In this document: piece by piece, positions 26,090 to 38,580 of the stretch
Position numbering within the stretch: position 1 is the stretch's first letter
Layout: every line of letters starts with the position of its first letter
DNA from: Lama glama
Lineage: Eukaryota
DNA length: 64,000 nucleotides
Assembly (NCBI GenBank): GCA_028534125.1
Contig: CM052818.1
Location: forward strand, 37,822,001-37,886,000
Direction of reading: 5' to 3'
The notes under the pieces: model-generated
What the model was told of the DNA's origin: nothing
Seen by the model: only the letters and a program-made list of their open reading frames with translations
The model's database searches: none
Program-made: the position numbers and the translations under genes

Positions 26090-26559
26090 CGTTGACTTTT
26101 GCAGGTGTAGCCAGAGGGTGCTTTCTGGCAGATAACAGGAAAGAGCCCGGAGGAATAAGCGGCTTGTCTTCTTCATACAAATCCTCCTCCTCCGTGTGAG
26201 CCGTGAGGCTGGTGGTGACCCTGGTTTGGCCGCGCAGTCTCCAGCAGGGGCCACAATTCATCTGACCTCATCTCCAAGTTCTTTTTCCAAATTATTTGAA
26301 TGGCGCCTAGTCTTTGTCCCAGACAGATATTCACAATCAAATTATTACAGCTTATAGGTATATATTACTGTCCACAGAGAACTAGATTCAAGTCCAAACA
26401 AGCAGCTTGTTCTCAGCAGAACAGATTGCTTTGCGTTTGTCAAGTTTGTAAATTTGCTCTATTTCTTGTGCATTAAAAAGTTTGTAACATGATAACTAAA
26501 ATCTTCAAAGTATTTGTATTACCTCCTTTAAAAAAATTGGTTTTCATTCCTTGACCACA

Positions 26560-27700
26560 AATCACTGATAGTATATTTTTAATCTTTTCCTGCTTTTTTT
26601 TTTTGATAACTGACTATCGAAATGTCTATTTTATTTCTCATCTGTATGTCATTCTGTGGGCCGGGCTGCTACCTTCCTTTATATGAACGGACATTCCAAA
26701 CTAGAGTGACCACACCTCTTAAATTGCACATGTGGAGTGTTTCCATTTTCTTTTGTGTTGTTATAGATATTGTGAGCATCTTTTCGTACGTTTGAAGTTT
26801 TTTCCTTTCAGAGAAATTCTGAGAAATAGAATCATTTGGTAAAACAGCAGAAAATGTTTAACGATCTTGAAACACAGAACCAAATTGATTTACAAGGAAC
26901 ACTGTGTTATTTTATTCTCCTAATGGAAGCGTTTGGAAAAGCCTGCCTCACGGCACCATCACCAACCTTGAAACAATTTGATGGTAAATAGAGTCCCCAC
27001 TCGTTTTAATATGCATTTCTTTCTTATTTTCTAGGGAAGTTAAACAGTTTTTCACATGTTTAATAGCTATCTTATGTTTATATTTCCTCTTTTAAAAACA
27101 TTTGTTCATGTTCATAGTCCATTTATCTATTATTGGGTTAGTATGTTCTTTATTTTCAGGGGCACATACTTATTAATGCCATTATTTCTTTGTTTAGCCT
27201 ATATTTAAAATATATTCCTGAGTTGAGATTTCAATTCTCTTTGTTTTTAGCTTAAAGAGTCCACCACCCTCAGGTAACCACAGTGGTCAGTGAAATGTTT
27301 AGGTATAATTTGAGAATTTTATATTTTTATTGTTTAAAGTAACACCTTAAATTATCTGGAATTTTTGTGTCTATGTGACGTGCATCTATGTCACATGGTA
27401 TTACCTGATTTTTCCAGTCAGTTTTGCCAACCACTTTTACTATTCACACGTGGCTGTGTGAATTCATCACCGGATGCCCGTCTGCTGGCTGCTCACCACC
27501 ACCCCAGCTCAGACCCTATGCGGCCCCACCTTCCTGCCCTTTGATTCGACTTAACCATCCTAGTAATCATCAGCATTTTCTTTGAAAAAGAGGTTTTAAA
27601 TACCCTGTGTACCTAAATAAAAATATGAAAGCCCTCTTGTTTAATTCTTTAGAATTTCCTTTGGCTGTTCTGAACATCTTGGTTCGATTTGTCTTAAAAG
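26560..27700 (-). mobile_element. Ancient L1 (L1ME-like) fragments
   Basis: Degenerate antisense ORF2-end motifs (gttttaatatgcatttct, ttgttcatgttcatagtccattt). Confidence 0.5.
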
Positions 27701-28334
27701 AGCAATACAAAACTGTCAGGTAAGACTGAAAAATCGGTAGTGACATCCAAGCAGATTAGGAAAATATGAGGGGGGAAATGTCTCTCCATGTCTCCCCTGG
27801 AAGGAGATACACAGGGAAGACTGTGAGGTAATTGGAGAAATGTGGGGACATGGTTTTTATGTACCCGAAAGCACTGAGTTCTCTAAGTTGTCTGGTATTC
27901 CCTGAGGAGGTCAATTCCATAACCATAAATATGAAAAAAAGGGGAAGGTTTTGAGGCTTTGTGGAGGTCTGATGAGCATAAAGGAAATAGGAGTCTTTAG
28001 GGGAACTGACCAAAGAGAAAGAAGGCTGGATGCGTGGTTGTAAATCAGGTGAGCAGATGTGAGTCTGGATCAAATATTCTGTTTTATTTCAGCTTTTGGC
28101 TCAAAAGTGAATCTTGGCAGGGGTTTTGGCATTTAGCTATATACGTTTTAGCTGTTCTAAGTCTATATATTTACTCATGTTATCTCTTTTTATTTTTCTT
28201 TTTTAATCTAAAGAGTCTGGGATTCTACTGTCTTTCAAGTATGAGAACTATTTTACCCAATCAAGTCATGGCCACTGCTACAGATTTAGTGACTCAGCTA
28301 AAGGAATGTCTTCCGTGGATACACAAGTGTGTCA

Positions 28335-28560
28335 CTTATTATGGGAGGTGGTACTGTGTGGATGCTGAGCTCAGAAAATAAGGTTCAGTACAGTCTTCTG
28401 GCTCCTACTTGACAAGACAAACTCTCCATGCCTTGGGGGCATCCTGTAAAATGGGAGAGTAATCATCGCACCTATTTCAAGTGTTTTGGAGGGGCAAGTA
28501 GGGGAGGTTTCAATGATATCCCTTGTACGGTTCATATTCCAGTGTGGGGCATAGAGATGC
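28335..28560 (+). mobile_element. MIR SINE (degenerate)
   Basis: ctctccatgccttggggg...ctgtaaaatgggagagtaatcatcgcacctatttca. Confidence 0.55.
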
Positions 28561-31500
28561 ACTCACTGTACATCGGCTGTCATAATAGGAATGACCCCCT
28601 CTCTGGGGACTGTTGGGCGTTGTCTTCTTGAGATGTGCAAGAAAAGAGAGAGTCTCTAACCTCACAGGGACAGCATTTTATTCCAGCACAACGAAAAGCT
28701 GATGTATGAGTCCTTCGAGAGGTGAGATTATTCAGAGCTTCCAGGGTTCACAACACAGCCCCTCGTCCCTAGCAGACGATAAAAAATATTTGTAAAACTG
28801 GGAATCAGCTCTAATATATATTCGGTAAGTCATCACTTCCAGGATCTCCACTGGCTCGATTATGCAGCAAGGGGGGCAGTCGTGACTGTTCTTGAGGCTG
28901 ACTCTTGTGATCTCACTTTCTTTATGTGCAATACGGTAGGGAAGGAGAAGATCCCTTTTCTCTAAGCGCCACACCAGTCCTAGGATGCTAAAAATCTCAG
29001 GCTTTCTGTCCTTAGTCAATTGTGACAGAATTTCCCTCTCCGGGAACACAAAGGGCAGCGCCAAAGCTAGGCTGGGTGCAGGACGGGGTGAGTCTGGAGA
29101 GGCAGAGCTGTGTGACCTTACCCTAGCCCTCAAGCCTCATGCACAGTGTGCTCTGACTCCTTTCCCGTCTACTTAAGTGGAGTTCTGCTGCATTCCAGCT
29201 GTAGGATAAACAAAGCATTTATCCCAGTCAATTTTAACAGCCTTCTCTTGGTGCATTTGCATACAGCTTAACTTTCATACAACCATGGGAAGCTCATAAA
29301 ACCTCAGTCGTGCTGACCATAAAAAAAGGTATTTTTTTGTATAATACTGGGTTTGTGTACTTCCTTGAAGCACTAGAGAAACTGCAGGAGCCTTTACAAC
29401 TAATTAACAGCCCCCTGTTGGGGCCATGGTGCTTTGCAGTGATTTATCCTGAGTAGAAGTGCAGACCAGGGCAGCAAGAACGTCTAAAGTTGTGTGCAGA
29501 TCTGAGGGGATGTGTGAAGGGGCGTTACTTAAGACACACACCTCCCTCTACCCACTTTTTGATGGTGAGTGGAATAGAAATATTTAATGCATCCTTATCT
29601 TAACAGAAGTAAGAACAGGTCATTTTGTACTACCACGCCACTGTGACCGTTACAGCCTCCCAGAAATTAAGGTGTTTTTCCCCTCTTTCCCTACAAATGT
29701 TATTATGTGTTTTAGAAAGTCAGGTGGAAGTGTCGTTCCTGCTGCAGCCCTGCAATATATTTCTGGCATGTCTTAAAACATGTGTAACTTTAGGATCTAG
29801 TGTAGTTCTTGCTGCAGTAATGATTTGGCGTGCCAACAATTTCCCTTTATCTCAGGAGTAGAATGATCTAATGCCATAAAATACTAGATTCTAGAAGTGC
29901 CTTTTCCCTCAGGTAATTTCCCAGCCGCAGAAGCAGAATGGGTTTGGGTGGCTAATTTCTCCCCCGGAAGTCCCTGCCATGGAGTAATTAAGGGCAGGGG
30001 AAGGGGTGGCAGGGAGCTGGGTGGTTTCCATTCCCACTGGCTCCCTTCCCAGTGTTCCCATCTCAGATCCAGGAGTTTATTACTGGCCGGAAGTGGACAG
30101 ATGGACTTGGGATCAGGCAAGAAAACTGAAAACTAAAACTAAATTTGGTATAGAAGAAACACATATAATAAGCATTCGTGGGAGTGAACTAAAAAAGACC
30201 CAGAACGACTGGAGGAAACATGGATCCCACCTGCATCACACGTTAGTGGAGTAGTCACTGGGAGTTACTACAGCTTTCCCATCCTCAGTTTTTCCATCCA
30301 CAAAATGAGAATGAAAATGAGACCCATCTTTTAATGAGTCAGGCACAGTCAGTATTCCACCAAAAAAGGTCAAAAGTGGATCCATGTATGAAAGAAGCTT
30401 TGGTGGTAGAATTTCTGGTGTCAGAGAAGGAAACCATGATTGAACCATCTTGCACTACTCCTGCTCTCCCATTGGAGGCGCTACTGGTCAGTGGAAACCA
30501 ATGTGGAGGAGCAGGAAAAGTAAATGCACAAACCCTCAGCTAGGCTTCAGGCAACAGACATTTATCAGATCTCCTGTTTAACAAATTCTTGTAAAAGCCA
30601 AGACTCAATGGTCTGGGGCACTGTTCTTACCCGCTAGGTCCCCTTGGTGTGTCTGAATGAGGGAACAGGTTGGCTTTGGCTTTGTCCCTTGTCACCAATG
30701 CCTTGTCATCTGTTCTCCTGCTTCCTGCTTCCTGCGCCCTCAGGGAGCCTCCAGCTTGGGCTCCCACCCTGCATGTGCCTTCTGAGAAGTCACAGAAGCT
30801 CACCCAGCCTTTTGGACCCATTCCTGAATGCTTCCATGATTATCTTAGTCTGGAGTCTTGAGTTGTAAACTTTCAGTAGCCAAAACAGAGTAACAGTATC
30901 CCATGTGAACTGTGCGAGGGCCACTTAACCATACAGTTGCCTCAGCTGGAAGCACCATCCTGGATAGTAACGTAATACAGTCAGATTTGTTCCAATTAAT
31001 ACAGTGAACATTTGGTATTGGTAGCTTTTTACTAAAAAAAAATGAGAAAATATGAATGATAACATTGAGTAGAACTGAACTCATGAAAGGCATTTAAAAA
31101 AACATGGACAATGGATAATGCCACCTTACATTTTTTAACACTGTGCATATTTTAAAGCTATTTCTATGACCAATAATAGACTGAACCTTAGATTATTTGT
31201 GAAAAGAAAGCAGGGAGGGTATTTTTTATCCCAAGTTATGGAGAAAGAAACAGTTCTAGGGTCCAAGGTCATACCATAAATTAAGAAGTTCCTCTCTGTG
31301 GCCATTAGGGCTCTGAAGAAAATGGCCAACAGAATCCAGAGGGTGTTTGTCTTCTTAGACGGGTCTATTTTTTAAATTCAACCTGGAAAAATAAACGAGG
31401 GTAAAGCAAGTCAGTGGAAGAAGAGGAAAAGGACATTTTTTTTCCCTTGAAATGAATAAATGTAACTGTAGTTATCAGCATCTGAATATGCAAAACCTGA

Positions 31501-31752
31501 AATAAGCCAGTACTAGAAACACTCAGGATCAATTTGAATTTATGAGACTTAAACACTGAAGCACTTTTTGTACTTTTCGAATAATATACTAATTTTATTT
31601 TTTTCAAACATAGAATGATAGAACGATGTTCATTATATTATTTTTAGGGAAAAAGATTATGAAACAGAATATGATTCTGTTTCTAAAATACATATATTTA
31701 CTTATATGTCACGTTTAACAATAGAACAAAGCCTGAAATAGCAGCATGAACA

Positions 31753-32310
31753 TTTTTCTACAGCTTTATTGAAGTTTAATTGCCAGTAAAGTTGAAAGAT
31801 ATTTAAAGTGTACATCATGGTGATTTGATATACATATACATTGTGAAAACAGCACAGGCATTTAATAGCAGTGTTCCTGAAGTGGCAGGATGATGGGTTT
31901 TTGTTTCTCTCACACATTTATCTTTTTGTGTGTGTGTGTGAGAACATTTACCCTCCTCTTTTACCAAGTTTCAATTATACACTATAGTGTTATCAGCTAT
32001 AGTCACCATATTATACATTAGATCCTCCAGCCTCATTCATCTTACAACTGAAAGTTTGCACGCTTTTACCAACCTCTCTCTATTTCAAACCGCCCCCCCC
32101 CAGCCCGCCTGCAGTCCTTGGCAACTGCTTTTCTACTCTATGAGTTCAACTTTTTTTTTAAGATTCCACATGTAAGTGATGCATGCAGTATTTGTCTTCT
32201 CCTATGTGGGTTATTTCATTTAGCAGAGTGTCCTCTACTTTCATCTAGGTGGTCACAAATGACACTGTCCTTTTTCATGGCTGAATAACATATTTTCTTG
32301 ATTCATTCAT
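31753..32310 (-). mobile_element. L1MA9-like 3' end in two pieces (31753-31849, ~31909-32310) within an older L1ME-like tail
   Basis: acagctttattgaagt...atatacattgtgaaa, then ctcacacattta...gtgagaacattta...tatagtcaccatattatacattagatcctc. Confidence 0.75.
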
Positions 32311-32589
32311 TGAAATATTTTTTAATCTCATGTATTTCACCAGCCCAAACAGAAGACTGCCTTTGCCTGATCATTTCATTTATGCGGTGATAATGTAGAG
32401 TTAGTGATATGACCTTAGGGCTATGGTCCCAATGACCTCAATGGCGTGCAGAATTACACCAGAAGAAAAGCATCCTGTGCTTCACTGACCATTGGAAGCC
32501 CTATTCTAAGTATTCTTCTATGCAGACTTCCTTTTCCTTTGCAAAAGTTTACTGAGACCTGATCTTGAATAATGGAAGTATGGATGGAA

Positions 32590-32800
32590 CTAAGGAAGGA
32601 AAGGAGGAAGGACTTTGGAGCCCAAATTCTGAACACAGCCACAGATTCAACACTCAGCCTCCCTGCTTTCTAGTTTTATGACTTCAGGCAAGTTTTTCAA
32701 CGTTTCTGTGCTTTGAGTTACAGAATTGCGGTACCTACCTCCTAGGGTTTGGTGAAGCATCCATGAGATAATGCAGAGTGAGCATCAGTAAATGTTCAAG
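32590..32800 (+). mobile_element. MIR SINE
   Basis: ggactttggagccc...tgacttcaggcaagtttttcaacgtttctgtgc...gtacctacctcctaggg. Confidence 0.6.
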
Positions 32801-32959
32801 TTCCTCACCAAGCTGCAGGTCTCATGACTTGACTGTGAGCCCAGGACGATGACAGTTGTGAGGAGGACAGAAAAAGATGTTGCCTGGATAATTTAAAAGA
32901 TTAACTAAATGATAAATAAAGGAATAACAACATAAGGAAGGCCAACATTTAATATCTCA

Positions 32960-33390
32960 TTTGTAAGTGGTCCAGGGGTAGCATTTCCAAGTTGGTTCAG
33001 ACGCTCAGTAATGACACAGAGGACTCAGGGGCTTCCCACCTTTTTGCTTAGTTATCTTCAAATACCATTTTTGTCCCAGGAATCTTCTGTTTTGCAGCTG
33101 TAAGCTAAAACCAGATGGTGTTAGAAAAATTATCTGCAAGGAAAAATTTTCCTAGAAACAGACCCCATCCCTCACCAAAGATTTTACTTCATGTCTTGTT
33201 GCCCAGAAATGGAATATGCAGACACCTATACCTGTGGGAGAATCCAGAAAGCAAAAGTTTGGTAAAAGAAAACTTGATTGCATGATTGTTCCTCTGGACT
33301 TGGGCACATTGTTGTCAGAACAAAGTAAAGGTGCCTTAAGCATGGGCAGAAGAGGATAGGTGGGGAACCTTAAGTATATAGTATCTGTCT
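32960..33390 (-). mobile_element. MLT1-family (MaLR, MLT1K/L-like) LTR
   Basis: gttggttcagacgctcagtaatgac...ttcatgtcttgttgcccagaa...gggcacattgttgtcagaacaaag. Confidence 0.5.
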
Positions 33391-34929
33391 TAATTGAACA
33401 TGGAATCCCAATGCCACCATGGCTGGCATTTAGGGTACCACTGACCCTGGGAGCTTAATGTTCAATGGTGGGCATGGCTGGTGACTGTCACATATTAACA
33501 CTGTGGCATATTTTGCCCTGCCTTTTCGGAAAAGATATTGCAAGTGTCATTCTTTACATTATAGCTCAGTTTGTGTAACTGGCCATAAATTCTGGCCAAG
33601 ATTTACTTCTAAGTGGTGTGGAGAAGTCCCCCCAGTGAAATAAATACTTTTAGCCATACTGCTGCAAATGCAATGATCAGCTCATCACTGAGGATTTTAC
33701 AAAGAACTTTGTTTTTGATTTGCTTAGTTAGGTTTTACAGTGAAGACAGAACTTTCTTAATTGATTTTATTACTTGTTTCACCAAAACCTCATTTTGCAA
33801 TGCTTTGCACATTACTGCATCGCTTCAGAGCCAGAAATCATCTCTGATTTAGATTTATGGGAAGAGTTTGCATATTTCACAAACATGGATTTTCTTCTGG
33901 TTCTAACAAAGTAGATTTATTGTGTGTACAAACAAATAATATATATCTATTTGGGAATGCTTTTATTTAAATTTTAGTGATTTATGGGCACTGCAGTTTG
34001 GCTGCCCGTGTAGCCTTTTATCGAGCCCTTTCGAAAACCCCAAGTCTCTAACTGAGCAAGGCCTTCCTGCAGAAGCCGGGGTGATCAGCATCTTTCGTGT
34101 TTGGCATTATCTCTATTGAGGAAAGGGGGTCAGGGCCCTGTTTAGGCTTTGTTTTCTTTTATTATTTCCTTCAACCCTCTGGTTGGTTATTGCCTTCCTG
34201 CGTCATTTTGAAATTTATAGTCTATTTAATAGCATTTTTATTTTTTATGGTTATGTCAGTCTTCCCCGTAAGAGGGTCTTAGGGAATACGTTTTGAGTTT
34301 CTTTCAATAGCAACCACATCCAGAAACTACCTAACTGAATTATGAGTTTTATTTTTTTACCAGAGGGAACCATGAAACAGAAATGATTTTAGATGTAGAT
34401 TATAATAATAATTTGGAGGCATCTTTATGATCTGTGAGTTTCATATCACTCTCACGCCTCGCACCGCCTTTGATTATTACTGTTCTAATAGCGCACTGCA
34501 AAACTTCCGAATGTATCCAGTAGCAATCTCTACAGCAGGGGAAGGTGCAAGGGAGCGAGGGTGTGCATGATACTGCACCATTCACCAAAGTGTCAAGAAC
34601 AGTTTGTACAAACTCTCTCAAAGGGCTGTGAAAACTGATGTTTCTTCCTCAGAGGTTGTGTGTTTACAAGGGCTAAAACATTAAACTATCATTAATGGGG
34701 GAAGAAAGAGATCATTTATGAGAAGGATACAGGGATGTTTCAGGGAATCCAATAGCACAAAGTCCTCTTGTGCGGGACCGGATCACGGAACCAGAATGTC
34801 ATCAGGGAACAAGGTGTCCTCCTGTCTGTCCCCGTCCCTTGCAGACAGGTGATAATAGATCACCCTCACAGATGGATACAGACACATGATAGTGGATGAA
34901 GAGGATTTTCTAATGAAATGTAACATTAT

Positions 34930-35110
34930 AGAGTGAGGACCCTGTCTCAGAACCCCTTCCAAAGGCCTTAGATGTATTGACTCATTGAATCATCACAATG
35001 ACCCTATGAAAAGGGTAACAGTAGGGAGAAGTCAACGTAAGGTCACGTAACTGTTCAGTAATACAAAACAGAGTCCTGATTTGACCCCAGCTACCCAGCA
35101 TCAGACATGA
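34930..35110 (-). mobile_element. MIR SINE (degenerate)
   Basis: gtattgactcattgaatcatcacaatgaccctatga...aaggtcac...gatttgaccccag. Confidence 0.55.
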
Positions 35111-35114
35111 GAGC

Positions 35115-35430
35115 CATCTCTCTTTCTTCCCTCTCTACTGACCTTTCTTCTGTTTTTCTGCTTCAGCCTGTGCCAGCCTGTCCCAGCCCCAATCTTGCAC
35201 ATTTTCCTAGTTCAAGTGTCTGATAGAGATTGACTAGGTTCTCTGGGTTTTAATTCCAGATTCCTGGGAGACACAATCTGTTTGGTCAATCTGGGTGAAT
35301 AGTTCAACTGGCCGTGGTGAGGGAGACGGGGTCATAGGATTCTGACCTCACTGCCTTGTTTCACTACAAGGGGACAGCGACAGTTCTCATAGAGGGGATG
35401 TGGCTGGAGCAGTCACTCACGAGAACCGTC
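35115..35430 (-). mobile_element. MLT1J-like LTR fragment
   Basis: attccagattcctgggagacacaatctgtttggtcaatctgggtg. Confidence 0.45.
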
Positions 35431-35714
35431 TATTATAATTTATAACTTGTAATACAAATATGTGCACCTGGGGAGCTCAGTTCACATGATCTCCTGTACT
35501 TCTCCATAGATCTTCAATCATTAATTTTAAATCAACTTAATTTATATTTCCTCAGAAACAATTTCTGAAAGACAAATCAATGGTGAGGTATGTATGCTTT
35601 CTAGAGTTTAATTTATTTCTGTCTTTTTGGCGCCCATTGCCCTCTGGATTAGAGTTCATTTAGACACCAAATAATCACAATGAAGATCTCACTGTCTGAA
35701 GTTTCCCTTAAAGA

Positions 35715-35920
35715 TAATAGCTAAAATTAATTATCTTATTTAACCCTCATGACAAATCTCTGAGGCAGAGTCGATACCATCCTCTCTTTAACAGTGAAGA
35801 AGCTGAAGCGAAAAAGATCTAAATGAATGCCCCTGGTCGCGCGGTTAGAAAGGGACCGGATCTGGAACCAAACCCAGTTATGAAAGCAGACTCTGAACTT
35901 TAGATGGTTACATTACCTTC
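35715..35920 (-). mobile_element. MIR SINE
   Basis: atcttatttaaccctcatgacaaatctctgaggcag...ttaacagtgaagaagctgaagc. Confidence 0.65.
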
Positions 35921-36149
35921 ACACATGAGCTTGTTTTGACTCGTTTCAGCCCGGATTTGTGGGGTGTCTTCATCTAAAAACACTACAGCAATCTCAGCCT
36001 TCCAGTGGTTTCTAGAGCAAGTTCCCCCACGTGTGTCTGCGTCTGCGAGCTCTTAGGAGAAGTACTTTCTGAGAATCTCCTCAACCTGACGGGCACCTGG
36101 CCGACGCTGGCGCATCTCAGCAGAGCCATGGGAACTGGAAGGAGTGGAC

Positions 36150-36375
36150 CTTAGTGGCTGAGACGTGGGCTGAACTCAGGCCACCAAGATTGGAATTCTA
36201 ACATATCTTAAATGTTGTGTAACTCTGGGCAAAGAACCAATCCACTCTGAACATCATCTGTAAAACCCAGAGGGTGATGCCTACCTCTCCATTTTCATGA
36301 GGATTAAGTGAGGCGGGATGCACAGTTGGTTCATTTGGCTGCTAACATTAGAGCGTGCCCAGAGCTCAGTGTCTA
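36150..36375 (+). mobile_element. MIR SINE
   Basis: tgtgtaactctgggcaa...catctgtaaaa...catgaggattaagtgag. Confidence 0.65.
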
Positions 36376-37644
36376 AGGCCTCCCTTCTGTCCCTTTGCTC
36401 CGCCTGCCGGGATGTAACACCATTGTCCTCACTGGCCCTCGCACATTTTAGCATCAGAATCCATCTTAGAACTTTTACTTTAACTACTTGGCTATTCAGT
36501 CTGCGGTCCTGTTCTGTGGTCAGGCCGCTCACGATGGCTGTTCTCTTGCTCTCTGTCCACCCTCTGCTGGACCAGTGCCTGCTCCACCTACACCCTACGC
36601 ACATGACTGACCTTCCTACATACTTGACCTTGGCCCCAGCTAGTGACAGTTCTAATCTTTAGATCAGAACATCTCCACCAAAAGGGCTCATCAAAGGGGC
36701 CGTTGGGGGTGGGGCGTGCCCCTCTGCTGGTTTCCCTGGTAACTGGTGAGCCAACCTGATATCAGTTCCCCCGATAGCTGGTAACCTCCCCACCCCCCTG
36801 GTAATGAAGACTGCTGTCAAGTCCTGCCTGCCATCTGCTGCACACGGTGGGGTGTCACTCCAGGACCTTGCTTCAGACATTTAAAATCCCCCCTATCCAT
36901 TAAACCGTCACTGTCTCTGACGCTGACTCTGGGCTCTTCCTTCGATCTTGAGGCCGGGCAGGTACAGGGCTTACAGGACCATGGGGTGCAGCCCAACACC
37001 TGTTTATCTTCTGCTGCCAAATTGTAGCTTCTGTAATAAGTGCGTAAAACTCAAGAGCTCATAAATTCTCTGCATAGGAAGTCTAAAGAGGCAATACTGT
37101 AATATTTTAATCAGTCCTTGGATTTGTGAAAAAAAAAAATCCCATCTTCCATTGGAAAAACTTCTGAGGAGAACCAGACAGAATAGAGCGATGCTGGGTT
37201 ATCTCTGGCTTCTTTGAGAGACCATGAAAGATACTCAGCCATCAGTAATTTTTCTTGGCTGGGACACTTATGAAATGTGCCACTTAATGTTCTAAAATCA
37301 TATTTTATGATCCTCAGAAGCTGTGAAGTTTTAAGTCTGCATTAATAATAGTATAGACCTAATTTCTATGACTTTTTTAAAGTTTTTATAGACCACTTTT
37401 AAAGCATCTTTTCTGTTGGCCCTTAGAGAAATGAATGACGTATTTGTTCTAATCCCTATTTTATAGATGGGAGAATTGGTTTCCAGAAAGATTAATGGCT
37501 TCTCACTTCATCTTCAAACCAAGGGCTCTCGTGCCTTGTAGCATAAGGCTTAACACTATCAAGTTTGGAATCAGAACGACTGGTTTTCATCTGAGTTTGC
37601 GGGGTAGCAAGAATAAAAATACTAATTCCTTTCATAAATTGTAA

Positions 37645-38200
37645 ATGTGTTTGGCTGCAGCGACCAGAAAGCCAATTTACAGAGATATAACCAAGTTGGG
37701 GGTTATATCTCTCTTTCTCTCTCTCTCACTCTCACACACACACACACACACACACACACCATACAAATACAGACTTTGTCAACTGCCAGCATTCATTTTT
37801 GGACAATGTCACTGATAACCAATTTTTGGACAATGTCACTGATAACCAATTTGGGGCTCCCTTGGCTCTTCCTTGTCCTTGTCACCTCTTTGGAAGCTTC
37901 ATGCCTGATGCCTGTATCTGGGGTAGAAATAAGAAGGATGAAAGTTTCAGTCCCTCTGTCCTTTTCATAGACAAAGCAAAGCCTTCACTTCCTATAACCA
38001 CCCATGGACTTTGCTGTTCTGTCACAGTGTGAGCTGTCACGTGGCCACATGCTACCAGGGACTATGGGAAAGAGAATGTTGAGCCTGGGGCTGGTAATGT
38101 TGCTACCCAAGTAAAATTGGGTCATTCTAGGTAAAAAAAAAAAAAAAATTAGGGGCGGCCAGTAGATTTTAGCAAGGTCAGCCAAGCCTGTCTGTCTCAC
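37645..38200 (-). mobile_element. MLT1K/L-like LTR containing a (TC)n(CA)n microsatellite and a 27-bp duplication
   Basis: Starts tgtgtttggctgcagcgaccagaaa; later gtcacgtggccac, ggggctggtaatgttgctacccaagtaaaattggg. Confidence 0.55.
37795..37848. repeat. Perfect 27-bp tandem duplication
   Basis: atttttggacaatgtcactgataacca twice. Confidence 0.95.
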
Positions 38201-38369
38201 GTGGCCTTTAGAGGTATTTTATTCAGTACAAATTTTGTGTAATAAAATAGATAGGTAACACATTGCATTATGTGTAATATTTTCATATTAATCATTGATA
38301 ATATGATGATAGCATTGGTTTTCTTTTTCATAGACAAAAATCACCTTTGGAAGAAAAAGAGTAGTAATA

Positions 38370-38580
38370 ATTACCAAAGTTGAAATTGCTACCTCATACT
38401 TTCACTGTGTTCAATTCTTCGTATCTTTTTAATCCATTTTAGCTTTATAATTTACTCTAAATAAGGATGGAAAGTATCATTATCATATTTTACAAACAAG
38501 AAAAATGATCTCCATAGAGCTGAAGAGAATGGCTTAAGTTCATGTCAGAACATCTATTTTTACTTCAAATCTTGCAATCT
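38370..38580 (-). mobile_element. MIR SINE (degenerate)
   Basis: tattatcatattttacaaacaagaaaa...ggcttaagttcatg. Confidence 0.5.

Noticed and set aside
24020..37848. Short direct repeats as a possible CRISPR-like array
   Set aside because: Isolated two-copy tandem duplications without spacers, in mammalian DNA.
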